Shown: positions 51,340-63,550, counted from the first letter of the whole stretch. The stretch is 63,975 bases of DNA, filler included, from Chiloscyllium plagiosum (GCF_004010195.1; 6 parts of 6 records of this genome joined end to end with filler, not necessarily neighbours in it); one strand, 5' to 3'. Numbers and translations are program-made. Notes: generated by a model from the sequence alone, not told the origin.

Positions 51340-52310
51340 AGGCTGATGTATTTGCATCATTGCTCACCACGGGTGAGGTTCTGGAAGACTAGACGGTAGC
51401 AAATATTGTGCTCTTATTCAAGAAGGGCTTCAAAGAGCAACCTGGGAACTGTACACCATTTAAGCCTAACATCTGTGTTAGGCCAGTTACCTAGGAAGAT
51501 ATAAGACAGGGTTTGATTAGGAATGATCAGCATAAGTTTGTGCATGGGAGATCATGCCTTACAAATTTATTAGAATTCTTTAACAAAGTGATCAGAAAGG
51601 TTGGTGAGGGCAGGGTGGTCGACGTAGTCTATATGATTTCAGTCAGGCCTTCAATAAGGTTCCTCATGATAGGCTTGTCAGGAAGGTTAAATGGCATGGA
51701 ATCCAAGGAGAAAGGGCAAACTGGATCCACAGTTGGCTTAATGTTAGGAAACAGAGCGTAATAAAGAACAGATGTTTGTCAGCCTGGAGGCCTGTGACTA
51801 GTGGTGTGCCTCAGGGGTCCGTGTTAGGCCCATTGCTGTTTGTAATCTATATCAATGATTTAGATGAGAATGTACAAGGCGTGTTTAGTAAGTTTGCAGA
51901 TGACAATTCAGGTGTACGGTTCTCCGAAAAGAGAGTCACAATTGACAGGGCAGTGAAGAAGACTTTTGGCACACAGGCCTTCATCAGTCAGAGCATTGAG
52001 TACAGATGGTGGGAAGATCCGTTGCAGTTGTACAGGATGTTGGTGAGGCCGCAGTTGGAGTATTATGTTCAGTTTTGGTCACCTTGCTATAGGAATGATA
52101 TTATTAAATTGGAAAGAGTGTAGAACAATTTTACAGGAATGTTGCCATGAATCAAGGGACTGAGTTATAGGGTGAGGTTGGACAAGCTCGGAGATTTTTC
52201 TTTAGAGTGTAGGAGACTGAGGAGGGATTTATGGATATTTTGTTGGCATGGACCAGTTTGGTCTGAAGGAATTGTCTCCCTGCTATGGGACTTTATGACT
52301 CAATGACTCG
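51340..52310 (+). mobile_element. CR1/HER1 LINE RT fragments
   Basis: [42 protein letters not shown]. Confidence 0.9.
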
Positions 52311-52895
52311 AGAATTGGTTTGGGCAAAGTGGTTGGGAGCTGGTGTATGTAGTGTGTGTGTGAGAAGCTGGATCGAGGTCTCTGAGCAGGACTCGGGTCA
52401 GTTAGTAATCAGGCAATAAGCAGTGCTAGTGAATGCTGTGTACATGGCAGTGAAACAATTATGATGATTCAGGGTCAAGATCTGAGGAGAACAGTGTCTG
52501 TTTGATCATGAGAATGGATAATATCATGAGAATGCATAAGACAGTAAAATACAAGTATAGATGTAGGCCATTTGGCCCATCTAGCCTGTTCCACATTCAA
52601 TAGGATCATGGCTGATATGGTAACCCTCAAGCCCATTTTCCTGCCTTTCCCCATGACCTTTGACTCCCTCATTAATTAAACATTTGCCTCTCTTGGCCTT
52701 GAATATCCTGAATGACCCAGCCATGACAGCCCTCTGTAGTAAAGAATTCCACAGATTGACAAGCTTCTGATAGAAAGAAATTCCTCCTTGTCTCTGTTTG
52801 AAGTGTGTGACTCAGTATTCTGAGATTACATCCTCGAGTCTGAGTCTCTTCCATAAGTGGAAACTACCTCTCTGACAATAGACAATAGACAATAG

Positions 52896-52995
52896 NNNNN
52901 NNNNNNNNNNNNNNNNNNNNNNNNNNNNNNNNNNNNNNNTTAATTAATTAANNNNNNNNNNNNNNNNNNNNNNNNNNNNNNNNNNNNNNNNNNNN
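52896..52995. other. Artificial contig-joining linker
   Basis: 44N-TTAATTAATTAA-44N. Confidence 0.97.
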
Positions 52996-53166
52996 TGTTC
53001 TTGTAGTTACTGGGATTAACTGGCTTGTTATTGTTTGTCCACTTGACGAAGATCTCTCAGGAAGAGAAGCCTCTCACTAAACAGGTGAGGGAGAGAAACC
53101 TCTTAGCGGAAACGTCTTCAGTTGATGGCAGGAGGATCGACACTGATGGCTCCAGTAGCTTTTCTC
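52996..53166 (-). pseudogene. IgW: IgW heavy chain constant exon (CH4-like), 5' part, nonsense codon
   Basis: Acceptor tattctgcag; (G)[55 protein letters not shown]; TGA at 53057-53059. Matches recalled shark IgW C-domain sequence. Confidence 0.85.
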
Positions 53167-53608
53167 CTGCAGAATATTTGAAACAAATATAAATCCACTA
53201 TAAAAATCCAAAATCAATATTGCAATTTCAGACATATTAAAATGTGTCAGTTTTGTTTTTAAATTTAGAATTTATACACTCTCATTTTCTGAACGAGCAG
53301 AATGATATCCATCATCATCATTAAGACTAAAGAGTTTAATTCGAAAGCCGCCTCCATGTTTCCAACCCAAAACAAAGACCTCCTGTACATTTGTCATTGC
53401 TGATGTTAAAAACACAGACTAGGCTTCTTCCCACTTTATTTGACTTATAATGAAAAAAGAACAAGCTTTGGTCCATCTTGTTCTCAATCAGATATTTAGC
53501 TAACCTGACATCAGACATATGTTTAATGCTCCCAATGTTATTTGGAGCCAATCCAAGCATGTCATTTACGTTACTGGAATGCTTTGTTTTTTTCATCTCA
53601 CCGCTCAC

Positions 53609-53916
53609 CATTTTCTTTCTGGATGGAGTCTCTCAGTGGAGTCGGTAGATACAGATGGTTCACCAAACCTTCAAAACTAACGTGACTCATCCAGGCTTCA
53701 GTAGAAGTGCTTAATTTGCTGATCACGATGTCTGGATTTTCTCCAGGCTGGTTAGAGATCTCTGATTTCAGAGTCTTCTTTTCCTGTACCAGGTGACATT
53801 GGCACCAGAAGAAAGATTGGACACAACACAGGTTAATGACACCGTCGCCTCCCGTAAGATGTGTTCTAATGGCGGTGGTAGGATTTTAACTGTGTAATCG
53901 TGGCAATCAGTAACTT
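53609..53916 (-). pseudogene. IgW: IgW heavy chain constant exon (CH3-like), frameshifted
   Basis: tttctgtttcatag| ... G|GTGAG, 308 nt. VKILPPPLEHILREATVSLTCVVSN...VTW/QEKKTLKSEI...AWMS..FEGLVNH.YLPTPLRDSIQKE; 1-nt deletion near 53788; second Cys changed to Gly (53667-53669). Confidence 0.87.
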
Positions 53917-55638
53917 CTATGAAACAGAAATCAAATCAATGAAAAATGCCTCTTTAGGATCAAATCACCGAGTCTTCAGGCTATTTACTCATGAAGTGAA
54001 GAAACCACCTTTGACATGGCAGCTTCCAAATGTTGCTGAAATGATGGTTCCTCTTGCTGACATATTTTGATTTGTGAAAACATTGGTTATTATCTATAAC
54101 ATGACGCATGTAATCATTCATAAAGAACACTGGCTTTGCAACTCGTGAAACCTGTGAAAAAGTAAAATCAAAGATACCATGACGTAACACATGGAATTAC
54201 CTTCCTTTCAGAGCTCTTCTCTCACTTCGGACCATCCTTTTATACTTTTGACAAGCTTAATCTGAATATAACGATTTCATTTCTATGTTAATGAAACTTA
54301 CTTGCAAATGCTGCTGGACATTCTGAATGTCAAATTACATCCCCAATTTTTAACAAACTGTAATCAATCATAATTATTTTCTTTGTTCTCATGCGTTTGC
54401 AGGCGTTTAAAAGTGTTAGGGGGCAGTTATCAGTCACAGAAATTCCGTTCAATGTGTTTAACGTTATTGTAAATTATTTGTATTATTGGTGTGAGATCAT
54501 TTTCAAAAACATACCATGAGATATTATTCCTCCTGTCAAATTTGTAGTAGGTGTACAAACAAAACAGTGAATTTCTTAGTAGAATAGAAACAAAACAAAT
54601 ACGAGTGTCTAACATTATTCTACAAATTGTTGGAAATTTGCGTGAGCATTATTCAGACTTCCACTGATCACAGTGGGAANNNNNNNNNNNNNNNNNNNNN
54701 NNNNNNNNNNNNNNNNNNNNNNNNNNNNNNNNNNNNNNNNNNNNNNNNNNNNNNNNNNNNNNNNNNNNNNNNNNNNNNNNNNNNNNNNNNNNNNNNNNNN
54801 NNNNNNNNNNNNNNNNNNNNNNNNNNNNNNNNNNNNNNNNNNNNNNNNNNNNNNNNNNNNNNNNNNNNNNNNNNNNNNNNNNNNNNNNNNNNNNNNNNNN
54901 NNNNNNNNNNNNNNNNNNNNNNNNNNNNNNNNNNNNNNNNNNNNNNNNNNNNNNNNNNNNNNNNNNNNNNNNNNNNNNNNNNNNNNNNNNNNNNNNNNNN
55001 NNNNNNNNNNNNNNNNNNNNNNNNNNNNNNNNNNNNNNNNNNNNNNNNNNNNNNNNNNNNNNNNNNNNNNNNNNNNNNNNNNNNNNNNNNNNNNNNNNNN
55101 NNNNNNNNNNNNNNNNCCCCACCTCAGTTACAAATGGTGCACTCTTTGTCTCCGAGGCTATGCCCTCATGTCCTACTCTCGCCGACTTGTCAAAACATTT
55201 ACTCCACGTTCACCCAAACCCGGCCTCCCTGTATGTTTTAAGTTTCAAAAAAATACTTCTGCGACCCTAATCCCCCGGCCCACACAAGACACGCACCCCT
55301 CCCCCACCCGCTAAACCCTTTAGCCTTAATGAAGTCACCAGGCGTGGATTCGGCACTCTAACTGCCTCTCCAAGTGTGGTCAGCCAACAAACTACTTTCA
55401 AAAAAAGACTGTTAAGCCAGCTCACATGTCTTCAATATAGAGGAAAACATGCTCTTCTGATTAGACATAATGTTGAATTATGAGCAATGCTAATGTCACA
55501 CTCAAACTGAAATGCATGACACGTTTTTGAATGGGATGCTGCACACTTTAGTGCTGTTGACTAAGTTTGATAAATGTGTGTATCTGATTCACATCGGAGT
55601 TCAGAATGATTTCTAGTGCTCTCGTATGTATGTCTTAC

Positions 55639-55849
55639 CCTGGGGTGTGGTGATGTTTTGACTTTGAGTGTTCTCTCCATGAGTGACCTGGCAGTTGAAC
55701 ACTGCGCTGTTGAACCATTCACCATAACAGCCGGTCAGCCGATTTATTGCCGAGAAATTTCCATTCACCTCACACACGGGAGATGTGAAGACACCAGAAT
55801 CCACGGATTGGCCATTTTTCAACCAACTCATGGAGATTTGCTTCAGATG
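55639..55849 (-). pseudogene. IgW: IgW CH2-like exon, 3' two-thirds only (5' part replaced by a LINE)
   Basis: HLKQISMSWLKNGQSVDSGVFTSPVCEVNGNFSAINRL...EWFNSAVFNCQVTHGENTQSQNITTPQ G|GTAAG; LINE sequence begins at about 55850. Confidence 0.85.
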
Positions 55850-56477
55850 GATACCTGCTACTTGTTAGCACTCTTCGGGGGCGGGGGTTTAAACTAATTA
55901 AGCAGGCGGATGGGATCCAGACTTGTAGTCTGGATGTCCAAGAATGTTGGGATGCTGTGGAGAAAGTAGCACTGAGAGGGAATACTTGCAGAAACAGAGA
56001 TGAGTTCAAGTGTGTATACTTCAACGCAAGTAGTATCAGAAATAAGGTGGGTGAACTTCAGGCGTGATCGGTACTTGGGACTACGATGTTGTGGCCATCA
56101 CGGATACGTATAAAGAAGAGGGACAGAAATGATTACAGATGTTTCAGTAAGATTAGGGAGGGTGGTAAAAAAGAACGGGTGTGTGGCGTTGCTAATTAGA
56201 AATGCAGAAATAAGACAGGCTGTAGAAAGGCAGTTCGAGAAGGATCTGCCTTTGGAGGTAGTATGGGCTGAAGTCAGAAATAGAAAAGGAACAGTCACCT
56301 TGTTGGGTGTTTTATATAGGCCCCCCAATAGCAGCAGAGATGTGGAGAAACAGATTGGGAAACAGATTTTAGAAAAGTGCAGAAGTCACAGGGTAGCCGT
56401 CATGGACGATTTCAACTTCCCAAATATTGATTGGAAACTCTTTAAATCAAGTAGATTGGACGGGGCGGTGTTTGTGC
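55850..56477 (+). mobile_element. CR1 LINE ORF1 end / ORF2 endonuclease fragment
   Basis: CVYFNASSIRNK, VLYRPPNS, DFNFPNIDW. Confidence 0.88.
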
Positions 56478-56577
56478 NNNNNNNNNNNNNNNNNNNNNNN
56501 NNNNNNNNNNNNNNNNNNNNNTTAATTAATTAANNNNNNNNNNNNNNNNNNNNNNNNNNNNNNNNNNNNNNNNNNNN
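56478..56577. other. Artificial contig-joining linker
   Basis: 44N-TTAATTAATTAA-44N. Confidence 0.97.
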
Positions 56578-57227
56578 ATTATTTGAAACTGATTGCTGAT
56601 TGGCTGTCAGGATCATCTACCACGGATTGACAGGCCACGTAGCCAATTGTGACAATGTCATGCTGACATGCAGCCAATCAGCTGAATGGAGTGGTCCATT
56701 TCTAAAGCACACAGAGATAGAGACTGAATCTTTATCATCTTTATTCTCTTTTCCAGACTGACATTGACAGAAAACAGACTGCAATTAACAGCCCAGACAG
56801 AGGAAGCTGCACAAAATAACAGCTACAATGGGTTTTGAGGAAAACACTTGTGGAGATTTTCTCAATAACATGAGAATCCTGTCCTTCAAATAGTGACAAA
56901 AAACCTTAAATTGGAACTGGCTGCTGAGCAGGAAGGAGATCTGATTTATTGAAACAGAAATTTCGACGGTTCACATTGTTTTGTACAGCTGACAGCCTGT
57001 CCCAATCAAACAGTCCCAGAACAGGGAGAGCATGAGGTTTGACACAGCGTAAAGCTCTATCTACACTGTCCCAATGAACTACCTTTACTCCTGAACCTCA
57101 GAAGTGTCTCTGAGCCAGTCCTGATAAGGAAGAGAGTTGAAATTCAGTGCTGACCATGACCTTTGTCCTGCCAGCTCAGCCCTGTTCTATTAAAGTTGTG
57201 TCTCCTCTGTGGACTGTCTCAAACACT

Positions 57228-57555
57228 CTACACACATTCTGATCTCCTGATGCTCTTGCTGAGGGAGAGGGGAGGGTCACGTGGGTGAGGGCACAGGAGA
57301 AGCGAGCGTTGGACTCCCAGTCAGACCCAGAGAGGGTCAGCAGGCTGCTGACACTGTAGGTGCTGTCCGAAGCTCGCAGGTAGTTGCTGGTCTGAACCCC
57401 GTCCGAAATGACTGCACCGTCCTTCTTCCACTGCACCTCCAGCTCATCGGGATAGAAGTGATTGGCAAGGCACACCAGGGTGGCAGTGCCCTTGGCATTG
57501 ACCTGCTCCGGGGAGGGGGGCAGCGGGGTTAGCTTGGGCTGAGAGTTTTCACGGC
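57228..57555 (-). CDS. IGKC: Ig light chain constant exon, kappa (shark NS4/type III) class; 1-nt deletion near the 3' end
   Basis: Acceptor tctcttgtctttcag; RENSQPKLTPLPPSPEQVNAKGTATLVCLANHFYPDELEVQWKKDG...YSVSSLLTLSGSDWESNARFSCALTHVTLPSP/SKSIRRSECV*. Minus-strand AATAAA at 56945-56950. Confidence 0.9.
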
Positions 57556-58408
57556 CTGAAAGACAAGAGAAACAATTTTAATCCCTGCCATTCAAAGGGA
57601 TTTCAATTCCCAGAATATTCACTGGTAAAATGTTTGAATATTTGTCTCCAATACCTAATAAACCAGACAAAAGAATTTACATTTTTTAAATTGATTCTTG
57701 GGATATGAGTGTCACTAGCAGTAGCAGAATTTATTGCTCATCCCTAATTGCCCCTGAGAAGGTGATAGTGAAAGAGAAGGGACAGTTTTGGACCGTCGTT
57801 TGGGGAATGAATGTGGGCAGATGGAAGAGCTAAAAGATGGCGAGCATTTTAGTGAGAGCGATCAGAACTCAGTGAGATTGAAATTAAGAATGGAAATGGA
57901 GAACCATGGAGTAAGTGTAAATGTTTTCATTTTACTAAATGTTTCGGTAATTTAGTAAAAGTCGACTGGAACCAGTAACATGATGGGAAATCAGTGTCAG
58001 GGCAGTGGGAGCCCTCAAGTGACAAGACAGAGATCGTTCAGAATCTGTTCCCACAAAGAGTAAGGGTCGGACTCCCAAATCTAGACTCTCAGCCTGGGAT
58101 ATCAAAAGGCAGCTAGAGTAGGGCAGACCAAACAGGGAAGGTGATGTTGGTTATCTGGAGATCAAACCTGCAGAAAGCTGAGAGGAGGATAGAAAATGCA
58201 GGATTAAAATTGAACAGAACCTGAGGAAGGCAAAGAGCTGACAGGATGAAATATGTCCAAATGAATCAGGGAAATCCTACTGAACAAGAGGATTGGGGTC
58301 ATGTACTGACATGGATTGGGAACTGGTTGGCAGACAGGGCAGGAAGAACAAGTCTTTTTCTGAATGGCAGGTAGCTACCAGTTGGGGTACCACAGGGGCT
58401 AGTCCTTG

Positions 58409-58508
58409 NNNNNNNNNNNNNNNNNNNNNNNNNNNNNNNNNNNNNNNNNNNNTTAATTAATTAANNNNNNNNNNNNNNNNNNNNNNNNNNNNNNNNNNNN
58501 NNNNNNNN
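58409..58508. other. Artificial contig-joining linker
   Basis: 44N-TTAATTAATTAA-44N. Confidence 0.97.
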
Positions 58509-58973
58509 CCACACAAGGACTGTAACAAACACTACATTGGATAAACAGGCCGAAAACTAGTCACCAGGATACATGATCACCAATTAGCCATAAAAAGACA
58601 TGACCTTCTCTCACTAGTGTCCTCACATATGACTGATGAAACTCTGGAAATGAACCATCCAGCTCAGCGAGCAAACCTACATTCAAAACCTCAACTCTCA
58701 AAACACGCTAATCTCTCTCATTCAATCGATATTCAGTCAGTGAGGATGTGAGTGTGTGCGATGGGTTTACTGATCGATATTAGACCTGGCCTGGGTCAAT
58801 CAATCAATCAGAGGAAGATCAGACAGGGAACAAGATGTGTCTTTAAGTGTGTATGTGTGTGTGGGGATTCAATCAGTTCCATTCCCCACAGTGCCCTGTA
58901 CTCCCAGTACTGGAGACTTCCCCACACTCACTCTGTCCCCTCAGTTCTACGTTCCCCTCCCTCTGATTCTTAC

Positions 58974-59081
58974 CTCTCCACGGCCTTTTCCAGACGATTA
59001 TTCCAAATATTGCAGCCATTGCAGAGACCAATCCAATCAAAAGTACATGATGGATACGTTCCACACTGTTTTGTCGGATTT
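58974..59081 (-). CDS. MHC class I connecting peptide/TM exon
   Basis: ctgtgtttcag| ... G|GTAAG, 108 nt, phase 1-1. (E)IRQNSVERIHHVLLIGLVSAMAAIFGIIVWKRPWR; in frame with alpha3. Confidence 0.8.
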
Positions 59082-59289
59082 CTGAAACACAGTGTAATAA
59101 ATCACCATTGCCTCTGTTCCTATGTCCAGTCCCAGTTCTGTATTGATTGGGACAATTGGGACAATTGTAACAGGTCCCATCCATTGGGAACTGATGGGAT
59201 TAGTTGACACATTGTATTGACCTCACCCAAATTCACTCTCCAAATGCCTGTTCCTTCATCAATTACACACACACACTCCAATCCCTTAC

Positions 59290-59531
59290 CCCACTGATAG
59301 AGCTGGGCCTCTGCCAGACTGCTGTGTTCAATGTGACAGGAATATTGATCCTCATCCCCAGCATTGATCTCAATCTCTTTCTGGATCTGATGGGTCCCAT
59401 CGTGGTTCGGTCGTATCCCCGAGGAATGTGTCTCAGACATGACCTCTCCATTCCTTAGCCAGGTCACCTCGATGTCTACAGGATAAAACCCAGTGACCAG
59501 GCAGGAGAGAGTGAGCGGCTTGTCCTGACGA
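59290..59531 (-). CDS. MHC class I alpha3 exon (5' end in gap)
   Basis: PLTLSCLVTGFYPVDIEVTWLRNG...RPNHDGTHQI...YSCHIEHSSL...QW G|GTAAG. Confidence 0.93.
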
Positions 59532-59642
59532 NNNNNNNNNNNNNNNNNNNNNNNNNNNNNNNNNNNNNNNNNNNNNNNNNNNNNNNNNNNNNNNNNNNNN
59601 NNNNNNNNNNNNNNNNNNNNNNNNNNNNNNNNNNNNNNNNNN

Positions 59643-59789
59643 CTGCAATGGGATTGGATGCGATCCATCTCATTCTGTCTGGGTCTAAACTGATAAAGTC
59701 CTTTCCATCAAATCCAAATCTCATCGATCTCTGAATGCTGCCGTCATCACTGACCTCAACAGTAGTTATCCGTTGAAAAATGTGAATTC
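59643..59789 (-). CDS. MHC class I alpha2 exon (3' end in gap), non-classical type
   Basis: Acceptor caccaacag; (G)IHIFQRITTVEVSDDGSIQRSMRFGFDGKDFISLDPDRMRWIASNPIA. Confidence 0.92.
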
Positions 59790-60259
59790 CTGTTGGTGAT
59801 CAAACAGTTATAGATAATTAATAATAAATTTTACCAGAGGAACAATCTGATCAAAGGTGAATGGGAATCCTGTATCAGGCCCAGGGGGAGGGGGGTTACA
59901 CACGGTGCTAATCCCCAGGGCCTGTTCTGTCAGAGGGGCCCAGACTCAGGCAGTACTGCCCCTTTCTCCAGCGGCTGCCTCGCACCTCAACCTGGAGCAG
60001 GTAAGGACGGGTTCTCCGATCCGCGTCAGAATTCTGGCGCTCACATTCCCACGGTCTGGGAATGACAGGCCCATTCCATGTGGTTATGTGTTTCGTTCAC
60101 AGGCTGCATTCTGGGGGATATAGTCTGTGACTGTCCGTGACCACTCTGTCAGCCTCCCACAGGCACTGGCCCACGATCGGACTCAGTATATTATTTATAA
60201 GGACACTTTCCCTGCATGGGACTGTGAAATCTGAGCATGGTGGAACTGAGATGAAGGTA

Positions 60260-62845
60260 GAATATAGAATATAAATATTACCGCGCAGTACAGGCCCTTC
60301 GGCCCTCGATGTCGTGCCAATCTGTGAAACCAATCTGAAGCCCATCTAACCAACACAATTCCATTCTCGTGCATATGTCTCTCCCTTGACCATTTAAATG
60401 CGCTTAAAGTTGGCAATTCTACTGCTATTGTAGGCAGTGTGTTCCACGCCCCTACTACTCTCTGAGTAAAGAAACTACCTATGATATCCATCCTATATTT
60501 GTCACCCCTTCTGCTAGCCATTACCATCTGAGGAAAAAGGCTCTCATTGTCCACTCTATTTCACTCTCTGATTACTTGTATGTCTCAATTAAGTCACCTG
60601 TCAACCCTCTTCTCTCCAATGAAAACAGCCTCAGTTCCCTCAGCCTTTCCTTGTAAGACCTTCCCTCCATAACAAGCAACATCCTCGCAAATTTCCTCTG
60701 AAACCTTTCCAAAGTTTCCACATCCTTCCGAGAGTGCGGTGACCAGAACTGTACACAATCCTCCAACTGCAGCCACACCAGAGTTTTGTACAGCTGCAGC
60801 ATGACTTCATGGTTGCAAAACTCAATCCCACTACTAATAAAAGCTAGCACACTATATGCCTTCTTAACAACCTTATCCAACCTGGGTGGCAACTTTCAGG
60901 GGTCTATGCACATGGATACCGAGATCTGGCTGCTCGTCTATATTACCAAGAATCCTTCCATTTGCCCAGTACTCTACATTCCTGCTGCTCCTTCCAAAGT
61001 GAATCACCTCACACATTTCCGCATTAAACTCCATTTGCCACCTCTCAGCCCAGCCCTGCATCTTATCTATGTCCCTCTGTAACCTGCAACATCCTTCTGC
61101 ACTATCCACAACTCTACCGATGAGCATAATCCACATATTTACTAATCCATCCTTCTGCGCCCTCATCCAGGTCATTTATTAAAATGACAAACAGTAGTGG
61201 ACCCAAAACAGATCCTTGCTGTTTGCCATTAGTAACTGAACTCTAGGATGAACGTTTCCCATCAACCACCACCCTCTGTCTTCTTTAGCTGGCCAATTTC
61301 TGTTCCAAATTGCTAAATCACCCTCAATTCTATGCCACCAGATTTGTGCAATAACATACTGTGGGGAACCGTATCAAACACCTTACTGAAATCCATATAC
61401 ACCACATCAACCACTTTATCTTCATCCACCTGTTTGGTCACTTTCTCATAGAACTCAATAAGGTTTGTGAGACACGAACTACCCTTCACAAAACCGTGTT
61501 GAATATCCCACTCAACTGATTCCTTTCTAGATAATTATCTCTTATAACACTTTCCAACACTTTACCCACAACCGAAGTAAGGCTCACTGGTCTATAATTA
61601 CNNNNNNNNNNNNNNNNNNNNNNNNNNNNNNNNNNNNNNNNNNNNNNNNNNNNNNNNNNNNNNNNNNNNNNNNNNNNNNNNNNNNNNNNNNNNNNNNNNN
61701 NNNNNNNNNNNNNNNNNNNNNNNNNNNNNNNNNNNNNNNNNNNNNNNNNNNNNNNNNNNNNNNNNNNNNNNNNNNNNNNNNNNNNNNNNNNNNNNNNNNN
61801 NNNNNNNNNNNNNNNNNNNNNNNNNNNNNNNNNNNNNTCTCATCCTAACATAAGCCTTCTTCTTCTTCTTGCCAAGAGATTCAACTTCCTCTGAAAACCA
61901 CGGCTCCTGCGTTCAACAAGTTCCTCCCTGCCTGGCAGGTACATACTTACCAAGGACCCGCAGTAGCTGTTCCTTGAATATTTCAATTGTGCCAAACTCC
62001 TGCAGTTTCCTTCCCTATCTTTTGCATCCAACATCTTGCCTAATTGCATTGTAATTGCCCTTCCCCCAGCTATAACTCTTGCCCTTCGGTGTGTACCTAT
62101 CCCTTTCCATCACTAAAGTAAACATAACTGAATTGTTGTCACTATCATCTGGCTGGGTTCATTACCCAGTACCAAATCTAATGTGGCCACGCCCCTTGTT
62201 GCCCTGTCAACATAATGTGTCAGAAAGCCCTCTTGCACACATTGGACACAAAATGACCCATTTAAAGTGCTTGAACTGTCGTATTCCAAGCCAATATTTG
62301 TAAAGTTAAACGTCTCCATAACAACTACCCTGTCACACTCGCTCCTATTGAGAAACATCATCCTTTCCTCTGCATCTCTGGAACTATTCAGAGGCCTATA
62401 GAAAACTTCCAACAGTGTAACCACTCCTCAGTACTCCCTCAGTAGACGGGTCTTCAAATGTCCTTTCTGCTCCCGCAATACTGTCCTGGACTAACAATGC
62501 CACACTTGCCCCTCTTTGCCATCTTCACTGTTCTTACTGAAACATCAAAATCCCGGAACCTGCAACAACCATTCCTGTCCCTGCTCGAGCCATGTCTCTG
62601 AAATGGCCACAACGTCGAAATCCCAGGTACCAACCCATGCTGCAAGGTCACCCACCTTATTCCGCATGATCCTGGGATTGAAGTAGTCACACTTCAAACC
62701 AACTTCTTGCTTGCTGATGCCCTCTTCAAACCTTAGTTCAGATCTCACTACTCAAACTCCTGTATCTCGAACTACAATTTGAGTTCACATCCCCCTCCTG
62801 AATTAGTTTAATCCCTCCCAAAGAGCATTAGCAAATTCCCCCCAC
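60260..62845 (-). mobile_element. Long CR1/HER1 LINE (endonuclease, RT, 3' tail), decayed, with a gap
   Basis: VVAISETWL, FYRPLNS, WQMEFN, CVQFWSP, RGLTGDLIETYK motifs. Confidence 0.92.
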
Positions 62846-62945
62846 NNNNNNNNNNNNNNNNNNNNNNNNNNNNNNNNNNNNNNNNNNNNTTAATTAATTA
62901 ANNNNNNNNNNNNNNNNNNNNNNNNNNNNNNNNNNNNNNNNNNNN
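62846..62945. other. Artificial contig-joining linker
   Basis: 44N-TTAATTAATTAA-44N. Confidence 0.97.
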
Positions 62946-63156
62946 CCCCCCATTTTCTGTCGACATGTCCGTTCGTCTATCACCGGCTGGCTATTGACAG
63001 TACAATTCCAGCATAGTGATTGCACAGTGAGTTTTGTCCACATGGCCGTTCGTTATGGTTTTCGCGAATTTGAGCTGTGGCCCCTCCACAATATTATCCC
63101 TCCGCCAATCCCCAAGGTGTGTTGAGTAGTTCGTACTGCTGGCAGCTCCCTATCAT

Positions 63157-63203
63157 CCAATCAGGATGGGAGGGGCTGGGCGGAAACTGCCATGGGGCGG
63201 GGC
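63157..63203 (+). promoter_or_regulatory. Candidate TRBV proximal promoter (CCAAT, ETS, GC box)
   Basis: CCAATCAG at 63157, GGCGGAAA at about 63179, GGGGCGGGGC at 63194-63203, 125-170 nt upstream of the ATG. Confidence 0.4.
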
Positions 63204-63326
63204 TATCATTGTGCGTAAGAGAGAAGGGCTCGGCACTCAATCAGAGGGAGAGGGAGGTGCACTGTATTTCTAATGTTGTCTCACGAACGATAAATATTGC
63301 TAAAAAAAGGTTAATTGAAGTGGAAG

Positions 63327-63363
63327 ATGTATCTGTTGTTGACTCTGCTCGTCGCGTTTCACC
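63327..63363 (+). CDS. TRBV: TCR beta V leader exon
   Basis: MYLLLTLLVAFH + C|GTAAAG phase-1 donor; 187-nt intron ending ttttcctcag. Confidence 0.85.
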
Positions 63364-63550
63364 GTAAAGGACTGTCTAATTTACAATCATATTTCAACCT
63401 GTACATTTCTTTCAACCGGCTATCCTGCACTCCTGCTCTCACTCTATTTCTCTGTACACCACCTTTTCTACATTCGTTACGTTTCTTTTTTCTTTCTCCA
63501 CGACTCTATCCCCAATTACTGACCTCTTCCTCTCCCCGTCTTTTCCTCAG

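Noticed and set aside
54627-55314. Long ORFs of 157-213 aa, and a possible IgW short secretory tail (SHCDQWKSE*)
   Set aside because: The ORFs are N-gap read-through, and too little sequence is visible to assign a tail.
59790-60260. MHC class I alpha1 exon
   Set aside because: No alpha1 motifs found on the minus strand; beyond this point is LINE sequence.
63023-63061. CACAGTG upstream of the TRBV leader
   Set aside because: No nonamer at either spacing.
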